From NCBI GenBank assembly GCA_964016885.1, contig OZ024761.1, forward strand, positions 2,914,001 through 2,978,000: a stretch of DNA of 64,000 nucleotides, written 5' to 3'. Positions 53,953 to 64,000 of the stretch are shown here, piece by piece; the stretch's first letter is position 1, and each line of letters opens with the position of its first letter. The stretch comes from Eledone cirrhosa (lineage: Eukaryota). The notes under the pieces are model-generated. The model had not been told where the DNA came from. It saw nothing but the letters and a program-made list of their open reading frames with translations, and ran no database searches. The position numbers and the translations under genes were made by a program.

Positions 53953-54143
53953 TAATATTGATTAGTTTTATAAATAAATATTGACATACCGTGAAAAATG
54001 CAACCTCCACTGTTGGAGTCCCCTGGATAGTTAATATATTGTATATTTACTCCAATAAATTGTTGAGTGCTTTATATCAGTTATAAAAAATATTTTGCTT
54101 GTTGTATCCCAACAAATTAAATATAACCTCTACACACACACAC

Positions 54144-54226
<83 letters not shown>

Positions 54227-54487
54227 AAAAATGAAACGATATTTCATTTCCCACTCTTAGTACGGCTGTTACTTAAATATAAGTATGTATACGTACATAC
54301 ATATATGTATACCGACGTACAGTAGTATGTATATATATATATACATACATGCACACATATATATATGCACGTATGGATTCACCGAACATTTATTATAATG
54401 CTCGGTGTGTTTGTAAACAAACATCCCGTATTAAGCCGTAGTGTCTAGCAACCACCGTTGCTCGTTTGTTCAACACTGACAAAGGAA

Positions 54488-54528
54488 CGCTGTACTAGTT
54501 TCAAGCTTGTTAGCTATCGTCAGCAACG
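54488..54528 (-). ncRNA. Minimal type I hammerhead ribozyme
   Basis: Reverse complement: CGTTG CTGACGA T AGCT aaca AGCT T GAAA C ta G TA CAGCG; ACTAGT palindrome in stem III. Confidence 0.8.
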
Positions 54529-54572
54529 TATACCTATATATACATATATAGATATATGTATATACACATATA

Positions 54573-54832
54573 TTACCACAATTCCTTTGTTATATATATA
54601 TATATATATATATAACGAAGGAAATGTGGTAAGGAACCAGGTGGACCAAAACGCACCAAAGTACTCAATACTTGAGGTAGTAGAGTGGGTAATAGGAACC
54701 AGTAAGACCCCGACAGCTGAGCTCAAGCCGTTTCGACGGCTAATTCTGGACTAAAATAGTCCAGAATTAGTCCAGAACTAGCCAGAATTAGCCGTCGAAA
54801 CGGCTTGAGCTCAGCTGTCGGGGTCTTACTGG

Positions 54833-54902
<70 letters not shown>

Positions 54903-55120
54903 AATATATATATGTACATATATGTATATATATATGTATATATGTATATATATATATATACATATATGTACATATATATATATATATGTACATACATATA
55001 TATATATAACAAAGGAATTGTGGTAAGGAACCAGATGGACTATATATATACACATATATACATATATAGTCCATCTGGTTCCTTACCACAATTCCTTTGT
55101 TATATATATATAGATATATG

Positions 55121-55204
<84 letters not shown>

Positions 55205-55224
55205 TACATATATATATACATATA

Positions 55225-55267
<43 letters not shown>

Positions 55268-55430
55268 CAAAGGAATTGTGGTAAGGAACCAGATGGACTA
55301 TAACGCACCAAGTACTCAATACTTAGGGTAGTAGAGTGGGAAATAGGAAAAAGCTGTTTCGACGGCTATTTCTGAGTTCAGAAATAGCCGTCGAAACGGC
55401 TTGAACTCTGCCGTCGGGGTCATACTTTTT
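54573..55430. repeat. Nest of inverted PLE-type terminal fragments separated by (TA)n
   Basis: Palindromes at 54696-54835, 55005-55104 and 55353-55400; same family as 10410-10601. Confidence 0.85.
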
Positions 55431-55498
<68 letters not shown>

Positions 55499-55829
55499 TT
55501 TGTATATATACAGGCATATATATATATATATACACCATCATACATGTTTGTGAGTGCATAAATGTGTCTATCCATGCATGATATACACACATATATACAG
55601 ATACACACACACACTCACACTGACACGCACAATGACACACACACTGACACTCACAATGACACACACACAGACACATACTGACACACACTGACTACAAGAC
55701 TAGGTGTGTGTGTGGTACAATGTTTTAACAACATTAATGGAGGAATATTTGAGATATGGAAACAGAAACTTCCGTAAATGAATCTAACTGCATTAGTGTG
55801 GTTCTGACAAACACTGGTGTTACATACGT

Positions 55830-57365
55830 CATACACACACACTTATACACCGACATACACACTTATACACCGACATACACACTTATACACCGACATACAC
55901 ACACTTATACACCGACATACACACTTATACACCGACATACACACACTTATACACCGACATACACACACCTATACACCGACATACACACACTTATACACCG
56001 ACATACACACTTCTACACCGACATACACACACTTATACACCGACATACACACACTTATACACCGACATACACACACTTATATACCGACATACACACACTT
56101 ATACACCGACATACACACTTATACACCGACATACACACACTTATATACCGACATACACACACTTATACACCGACATACACACACTTATATACCGACATAC
56201 ACACACTTATACACCGACATACACACACTTATACACCGACATACACACACTTATACACCGACATACACACTTATACACCGACATACACACACTTATATAC
56301 CGACATACACACACTTATACACCGACATACACACACTTATATACCGACATACACACACTTATACACCGACATACACACTTATACACCGACATACACACAC
56401 TTATATACCGACATACACACACTTCTACACCGACATACACACACTTATATACCGACATACACACACTTATACACCGACATACACACTTATACACCGACAT
56501 ACACACTTATATACCGACATACACACACTTCTACACCGACATACACACACTTATACACCGACATACACACACTTATATACCGACATACACACACTTATAC
56601 ACCGACATACACACACTTATACACCGACATACACACACTTATACACCGACATACACACACTTATATACCGACATACACACACTTATACACCGACATACAC
56701 ACTTATACACCGACATACACACTTATATACCGACATACACACACTTCTACACCGACATACACACACTTATACACCGACATACACACTTATACACCGACAT
56801 ACACACACTTATATACCGACATACACACACTTATACACCGACATACACACACTTCTACACCGACATACACACTTATACACCGACATACACACTTATATAC
56901 CGACATACACACACTTGTACACCGACACACACACACTTATACACCGACATACACACACTTATACACCGACACACGTACACACTTATACACCGACACACAT
57001 TTACATACTTATACACCGACACACATTTACACATACTTATACACCCACACATTTACACACTTATACACCGACACATGTACACACTTATACACCGACACAC
57101 ATTTACATACTTATACACCGACACATTTACACACTTATACACCGACACACATACACATACTTATACACCGACACACACACACACACACACCGACACACAC
57201 CGACACACACCGACACACACCGACACACACCGACACACACACACACCGACACACACTGATACACACACACACACCGACACACACCGACACACTGACACAC
57301 ACTGATACACACACACACACCGACACACACCGACACACACACACACACACCGACACACACTGACA
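55830..57365. repeat. 20-22-bp minisatellite
   Basis: Unit acacttatacaccgacatacac. Confidence 0.95.
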
Positions 57366-57479
57366 CTCCAGAACACACCAGTAATGTACTGGGTAATTTT
57401 CTGGCCTTGTGCCAATAGTAGAAACAATTATATCTTCTTCTTGGCTCTCTTGTGAAGGGCTCTGTCTCAATATCCAGTT

Positions 57480-58283
57480 CTTCAGAGCAGGAGAGTTAAG
57501 GCGAAAAAGATATCGGATGCTGAATTTGCCGACGACATAGTTTTGGTGACAAATACAGTGAAGGAGGCAGAGGATTTGATGCGGGAGGTAGAGACTGTGT
57601 GGATGTGTGTGGGGCTGAGAATGAATGAGACTAAAACAAAATATCTGGTAGAGAATGTTGAGAAGCCAGAGGGGATCACTAATGTAGGCGGGAAGCCGCT
57701 GGAATTGGTTGAGGACTTCCTGTATTTGGGAGCAAAGATTGGGAATACGGAAGATGGTGTGGTTGAGAGGAAGAGCAAAGCCGGGGCGGCGTGCTACAGC
57801 TTGAGATCGGTGTGGAAGTCGTACCTTCGTAAAGACCTGAAAATCCGCCTCTTCATTGCTGTAGTGGAGTCTGTGCTGCTGTACGGGTCTAAGACTTGGA
57901 CACTGACCAAGAAACTCACTCAGATGATTGATGGGTGCTGCGCAGGAGTGCTGAGGTTGGCTCTGAACATTGGTCGGTATACACTGAGGATGAGGGACTG
58001 CATGGGAGCCTCCCATGGGTCAGCTCAGGAGTGACACGGGGAGGGGGGGGGACTGAGGTTGACTGGACATGCTCACCGGCATCCAGAGTTGACATTGCAC
58101 TCAGTGCTCCTGTTGGAGCCTCTACATGGACACACTGGAAGAGGAAGACCAAGGTTAACGTATGTTGATGCCCTAAGGACAGACACTCGCCTGTTGGAGA
58201 CGCAGGGCATGGCAGTGATAATGAGGGAAATGGACCGCTGGAGAGAACTCGTCCATGGATCTCGGGAATTTTACCCGCCCTAG
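57480..58283 (+). mobile_element. Degraded RTE-clade LINE fragment (RT C-terminus to 3' end)
   Basis: DAEFADDIVL, GLRMNETKTKYL, VEDFLYLG, VESVLLYGSKTW, GHAHRHPE, GRGRPRLTYVD; frameshifts. Confidence 0.88.
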
Positions 58284-58344
58284 AAAAATATCTTTATATA
58301 TATATTATATATATCATTATATATATATTATTTATATCAATATA

Positions 58345-58535
58345 AGGGCGGTGAATTGGCAGTATCGGTAGAGGGTTGGACGCCATGCTTTCTAGCATAG
58401 TTACGTCCCTTTACAGTCTGAGTTCAAATCCCGCCGAGGTTAACTTTGCCTTTCATCCTTACGGGGTCGATAAAATAAAGTACCAGTAATGTACTGGATA
58501 ATTGCTGGCCTTGTGCCTAAAGTAGAAACAATTAT
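58345..58535 (+). mobile_element. Full tRNA-derived SINE
   Basis: Same family as 15854-16043. Confidence 0.88.
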
Positions 58536-58660
58536 TTATATCAATATATATATATGTATAGTATATATATCAATATATATATTATTTATATCAATATATA
58601 TATGTATAGTACTTATATCAATATATGTATATAGTATTTATATCATTATATATATATATA

Positions 58661-58690
58661 CTAGCAGCAGTACCCATCGTTGCCTGGGTA
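58661..58690 (-). mobile_element. Helitron 3' terminus remnant
   Basis: a|ctagcagcagtacccatcgttgcctgggta resembles 8950-8978. Confidence 0.5.
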
Positions 58691-59048
58691 GGTAAAATAA
58701 TATCTGCTTTGATGAAAAGGTGTTGATCTTAGCGACTGCTTCTCGATGACTCAACTATGGCCACACACAAGTCATGCGGGGGAGGGTGGTGATGACCTCT
58801 ATCACTGAGAAACGCGGGTGACTGACGAAGTGGCATGCTGGGGGAAGGAGGTAATGCCCTCTAACACTAAGCCAAATTTCCTCAGGCTACTTGATTGGAA
58901 ACCGATGAATTCTCAAATACACAACTAAAATATCAGACGACGTCAGTGGCCATCGTTTTGCCCTTGACCACCAACTGGATAATTAAATGGAATTATAGAA
59001 TCGTAAACATCATTTGCAGCAAATGGTGAAAAGTTAAGATGATTTGCT

Positions 59049-59290
59049 GTCAAAGTGATCCCGATTGTCATAGGCGCACTGGGGACTATCTCCAAAAGTT
59101 TCCAGGGATGGTTAAAGAAAATCGGCCCCTTCACGCTTTTTGGAACGCTTCAAAAGGCATGCTTGCTTGGAACAGCAAGAACCCTCCGATACGTCCTGAA
59201 TATCTGAGGCTGCAGGTAGTGGCTTGATATTCAATCCAACGGACTTTCCAGTTAACCAACATCAATGACTGAGATTCAAGGAATAACAAC

Positions 59291-59350
<60 letters not shown>

Positions 59351-59530
59351 GATGGTTAAAGAAAATTGGCCCCTTCACGCTTTTTGGAACGCTTCAAAAG
59401 GCATGCTTGCTGGGAACAGCAAGAACCCTCCGATACGTCCTGAATATCTGAGGCTGCAGGTAGTGGCTTGATATTCATCTCAACAAACTTTCCAGTTAAC
59501 TAACATCAATGACTGAGATTCAAAGAGTAA
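59049..59530 (+). mobile_element. Two tandem short 3' copies of the R4/Dong LINE (59049-59290 and 59351-59530), each followed by (AAT)n
   Basis: The first appears identical to 61754-61995; the second carries variants shared with the 49.7-kb copy. Confidence 0.93.
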
Positions 59531-59539
59531 TAACAATAA

Positions 59540-59588
<49 letters not shown>

Positions 59589-59602
59589 CAAATAATAATA
59601 AT

Positions 59603-61995
59603 AAACAAACTAAAACATTCTGGAGAGAAATATGGGAGCAGGATGTTAGACACAATGCCCAGGCAGGGTGGATTGAGACAGTACAGAGGGAGATCGGTGA
59701 GCAGGCACAACAACAAACTGATTTGAGTATCACAGTTGAAACTCTTAAGGGGCAGGCCAAAAAACTAACCAACTGGAAATCACCAGGCCCAGATGGTGTG
59801 CAGGGGTATTGGATTAAACATTTAACATCCCTCCACCCGAAGCTGACGGCCATGTTCAATGACTGCTTGGTGTCGGGTGAGGTGCCAGAGTGGTTGACAA
59901 AAGGTACCACAGTTCTGATAATGAAAGACCGAATCAAGGGTAATGATGTTACCAACTATAGACCTATCACATGTCTGTCCGTAATGTGGAAACTGTTGAC
60001 GAGCATTGTGTCTGAGGAAATCTACCATCACCTCCACACAAACAACTTGTTACCGGACGAACAGAAAGGATGCCGAAAGAAGTCACGTGGTACAAAGGAC
60101 CAGTTACTTATTGATAAGATGGTAATGGGGAATTGCAGGAGGAGACACACTGATCTTGCCATGGGATGGATAGACTACAGAAAGGCATTTGACATGGTGC
60201 CCCATTCCTGGATCACCAAAAGCCTGGAGATCTTCAGGGTGGCAGATAACATCAGACAGTTGCTAGGCAGGAGTATGGGGTCCTGGGAGACAGAGTTGAC
60301 ATCAACTGGAGTATCCTTGGGAAGCGTGAAGATCAAGAGAGGTATCTTCCAGGGAGATAGCCTGTCCCCTCTGTTGTTTGTCCTTGCCCTGATGCCCTTG
60401 ACCATTATGCTGCGAAAAGTGAGAGCAGGATACAAGTTGGGAAGGGGAGAGCTTACCATCAATCACCTCCTCTTCATGGACGATCTGAAGCTCTTCGGGA
60501 AAAGTGAGAAGGAGTTGGATGTGCTTGTTGACACTGTCCGTATTTTCAGCAGTGATATATGTATGCAGTTTGGTATTGGTAAATGTGGAGTCATTGTGAT
60601 GAAGAGGGGTAGGTTGAGCAGAAGTAACGGGATCCAGATACCAACAGGTGAGATGATAAAGGAAATTGACTCTGAGGAAGGATACAAGTATTTGGGCGTT
60701 CTGGAGGCTGATGGCATAAAGAACAAAAAAATGAAGGAATTGTTAAGAACTGAATACATTCGGAGAGTAAGGAGCGTATTGAAGTCACATCTGAACAGCA
60801 GAAATGCCATAAGCGCAGTAAATTCCCGAGCTGTGTCTATTATTAGGTACAGTGCGGGAATTCTGAGATGGAATGTTGCTGAACAAAAAGAAATGGATAG
60901 GAAGACTAGGAAGCTATTGACTATCTACAACATGTTCCACAAGAGGAGTGATGTCGAAAGACTCTACCTAAGGAGATCTGAGGGTGGAAGAGGTCTTATC
61001 AGCATAGAGGACTGTGTTCAGATGGAGAAAAACAACCTATACAAATACGTGACCTATAGTAAGGAGCCAATGCTCAGAACTGTACTGAAGGAGGGGACAG
61101 TAGGCCAGGGGATGTCCAAGGAGGAAATAACATCAAGGAGGAAGAGCAGCCTTAAGGGAAAATCCCTTCATAGTACCTTCTTTGAGAAAACTGAATTTAG
61201 AGATCCACAGACATGGAACTGGTTGAGAAGAGGAGACCTCAAAAAGGCTACAGAAGGAATGCTAATGGCTGCGCAGGAGCAAGCCCTCAAAACGAAGTGG
61301 TTGAAGCACCATATCTACAAGGAGGAGGCTAGCCCACTGTGCAGGATCTGTGGAGAGAGAGAGGAGACTGTGGCTCACATTGTGTCCGAGTGTAAACACC
61401 TAGCACAGACCCACTATAAGGGCTGGAGACACGATGTGATGGGCAGGGTGATCCACTGGCACCTGTGCAAAGTAAACAATTTACCACATTCTGAGAAATG
61501 GTATGAGCATAGGCCAGAGGCGGTGATGGAGAACAATCAGGTGAAGGTGCTGTGGGATTTTAGGATACAGACGGACAAAAAACTGGAACACAATAGACCT
61601 GACCTGGTGGTTGTGGACAAAGAAAAAAGATCGTGTCTGATTGTGGATGTGGCCTGCCCGTTCGACACGAGAGTGCAAGAGAAGGAGAGGGAGAAAATTA
61701 ACCGATACCAGGACCTAAAGTGGGAGGTGAAAAGGATTTGGAACTGCCATGAAGTCAAAGTGATCCCGATTGTCATAGGCGCACTGGGGACTATCTCCAA
61801 AAGTTTCCAGGGATGGTTAAAGAAAATCGGCCCCTTCACGCTTTTTGGAACGCTTCAAAAGGCATGCTTGCTTGGAACAGCAAGAACCCTCCGATACGTC
61901 CTGAATATCTGAGGCTGCAGGTAGTGGCTTGATATTCAATCCAACGGACTTTCCAGTTAACCAACATCAATGACTGAGATTCAAGGAATAACAAC
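59603..61995 (+). mobile_element. Young 5'-truncated R4/Dong-clade non-LTR retrotransposon in (TAA)n
   Basis: Uninterrupted frame from 59603 (KQTKTFWREIW..HN..A.WI) to the stop at 61912; short 3' UTR; (AAT)n on both sides. Confidence 0.95.
59723..61912 (+). CDS. Reverse transcriptase, CCHC zinc knuckle and PD-(D/E)xK restriction-like endonuclease (N-terminally truncated)
   Basis: KSPGPDG, NYRPITCL, IDYRKAFD, GIFQGDSLSPLLF, LFMDDL, YKYLG, CRIC..ETVAHIVSEC, RHD, NRPDLVV..IVDVACP..EKINRY. Confidence 0.95.
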   Translation: MSITVETLKGQAKKLTNWKSPGPDGVQGYWIKHLTSLHPKLTAMFNDCLVSGEVPEWLTKGTTVLIMKDRIKGNDVTNYRPITCLSVMWKLLTSIVSEEIYHHLHTNNLLPDEQKGCRKKSRGTKDQLLIDKMVMGNCRRRHTDLAMGWIDYRKAFDMVPHSWITKSLEIFRVADNIRQLLGRSMGSWETELTSTGVSLGSVKIKRGIFQGDSLSPLLFVLALMPLTIMLRKVRAGYKLGRGELTINHLLFMDDLKLFGKSEKELDVLVDTVRIFSSDICMQFGIGKCGVIVMKRGRLSRSNGIQIPTGEMIKEIDSEEGYKYLGVLEADGIKNKKMKELLRTEYIRRVRSVLKSHLNSRNAISAVNSRAVSIIRYSAGILRWNVAEQKEMDRKTRKLLTIYNMFHKRSDVERLYLRRSEGGRGLISIEDCVQMEKNNLYKYVTYSKEPMLRTVLKEGTVGQGMSKEEITSRRKSSLKGKSLHSTFFEKTEFRDPQTWNWLRRGDLKKATEGMLMAAQEQALKTKWLKHHIYKEEASPLCRICGEREETVAHIVSECKHLAQTHYKGWRHDVMGRVIHWHLCKVNNLPHSEKWYEHRPEAVMENNQVKVLWDFRIQTDKKLEHNRPDLVVVDKEKRSCLIVDVACPFDTRVQEKEREKINRYQDLKWEVKRIWNCHEVKVIPIVIGALGTISKSFQGWLKKIGPFTLFGTLQKACLLGTARTLRYVLNI

Positions 61996-62025
<30 letters not shown>

Positions 62026-62031
<6 letters not shown>

Positions 62032-62165
62032 TGTTTCTACTTTTGGCACAAGGGCAGCAATTATCCCAGTGTATTACTGGTACTTTATTTTATCGACCCC
62101 GTAAGCTTGATATTCATTTGAACAAACTTTCCAGTTAAATAACAGCAATGACTGGGACCCAAAGA
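62026..62165. mobile_element. SINE 3' fragment (-) fused to a further Dong 3'-UTR stub (+)
   Basis: 62026-62104 is a SINE end; 62105-62165 reads gcttgatattcatttgaacaaactttccag...aaagaataat. Confidence 0.8.
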
Positions 62166-62917
62166 ATAATAATAATAATAATGATGATGATGATGATGAT
62201 GATGACCAAAAATGGTTTTAGTTATCATCATAACTAAAACCATTTTTGGTCACGTGACTTGTCTAGTTTCCAATAATTATTTCGGTGTAAACAGCATCAC
62301 CTCAAGTAGACAATATTGACAAGAGAGTTGTCGCAAGACAGACTCCCGTGTTTGCTTTAGAAAAATAAAGATATGACGAATATCTGAGTTATAGTAACGA
62401 CTGTGTCGGTTGTAGAATATGTCTAGATTGATATGGTGATTGGGGTGGCTATGGGGAGGGATAGAGAGGGGGTGGGGATATTGAGGGGTGGTGATGGTTG
62501 GGGAGAGGGGGTGGGGATATTGAGGGCTGGTGATGGTTGGGGAGAGGGGGTGGGTATTGAGGGGTGGTGATGGTTAGGGAGAGGGGGTGGGGGATACTGA
62601 TGGGTGGTGTTGGTTAGGGAGAGGGGTGGTGACGTTTATGGAGGGAGAAGAAGGAGGGTTATTCTCTCTCTCTTTCTATATATATATGTGCGTGTGCATA
62701 AAATCGCGACCACGGCGCCAACCGGTCAGTACATCTCTCTATACCCGCTCTACATTATACTCCCATGATACTCTCCTCGGTCTCACCACCACACACTCTC
62801 TCAACAAACCTGCTCTATTCAAAGAGCAGCTGCTTTCTGTCAGCTTGTAATAAAATGTTCTAAGAAACGCCGTATGTCAACATGGCGCCCGTAGGACTCC
62901 TTCGTTGGTTACGTCTT

Positions 62918-64000
62918 CACACCATACCATACCATACCATACTACACCACACTATACCACACTATACTACAACACACTATACCACACTACACTACACCAT
63001 ACTATACCACATTACACTACACCACACTATACCACACCACACCACACCACACCACACTACACCATACCATACCATACTACACCACACCATACCATACCAT
63101 ACTATACCACACTATACCACACTATACTACAACACACTATACCACACTACACTACACCATACTATACCACATTACACTACACCACACTATACCACACCAC
63201 ACCACACCACACCACACTACACCATACCATACCATACTACACCACACTATACCACACTATACTACACCAAACCATACCATACTACACTACACCACACTAT
63301 ACCACACTATACTACACCACACTATACCACACTACACTACACCACACTATACCACACCACACTATACCACACCACACCACACCACACCATACCACACCAC
63401 ACTACACCACACTATACCACACCACACCACACTACACCATACCACACTACACTACACCACACTATACCACACTACACCACACTACACCATACCATACCAT
63501 ACTACACCACACTATACCACACCACACCACACTATACCACACCACACTACACCACACCACACCACACTACACCATACCATACCATACTACACCACACTAT
63601 ACCACACCACACCACACCACACCACACCACACTACACCATACCATACCATACTACACCACACTATACCACACTACACTACACCACACTACACCACACCAC
63701 ACCACACTACACCATACCATACCATACTACACCACACTATACCACACCACACCACACTACACCATACCACACCACACTACACCACACTATACCACACCAC
63801 ACCACACTACACCACACCATACCATACCACACCACACCACACTACACCATACCACACCACACTACACCACACTATACCACACCACACCACACTATACCAC
63901 ACTACACCACACCACACCACACTACACCATACCATACCATACTACACCACACTATACCACACTACACTACACCACACTACACCACACCACACCACACTAC
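62918..64000. repeat. (CACCA/CACTA/TACCA)n pentamer satellite
   Basis: Direct inspection. Confidence 0.95.

Noticed and set aside
55756-57363. 535-aa H/T/Y-rich ORF
   Set aside because: Minisatellite translation

Overview
Repeat-dominated eukaryotic DNA (intergenic or intronic), most likely from an octopod cephalopod judging by its tRNA-derived SINE family and microsatellite load; that assignment is inference, not a database result. I found no supportable host protein-coding gene. Most ORFs in the track are translations of microsatellites. The real coding content is retroelement-derived: a young 5'-truncated R4/Dong-type LINE (RT, CCHC knuckle, restriction-like endonuclease, 59.6-62.0 kb) with tandem 3' fragments, a second degraded R4-type LINE, Penelope-like elements (PLEs; RT plus GIY-YIG, 27.3-31.3 kb and 5.6-6.3 kb), and RTE and Vingi/Ingi-like fragments. 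Non-autonomous Helitrons, SINEs and many mini/microsatellites fill much of the rest. The most notable hidden layer is RNA structure: about 17 apparently intact and about a dozen degenerate or half type I hammerhead ribozymes (HHRs) from many unrelated sequence families, mostly next to (TA)n tracts. They include retrozyme-like non-coding units (about 530 nt with terminal redundancy, and a 320-nt tandem unit), natural U3-A8 core variants in two families, a recurrent pyrimidine-pyrimidine mismatch at stem II position 4, and fold-back palindromes centred on a putative ribozyme stem. All alignments and folds were done by eye and coordinates of degraded elements are approximate.
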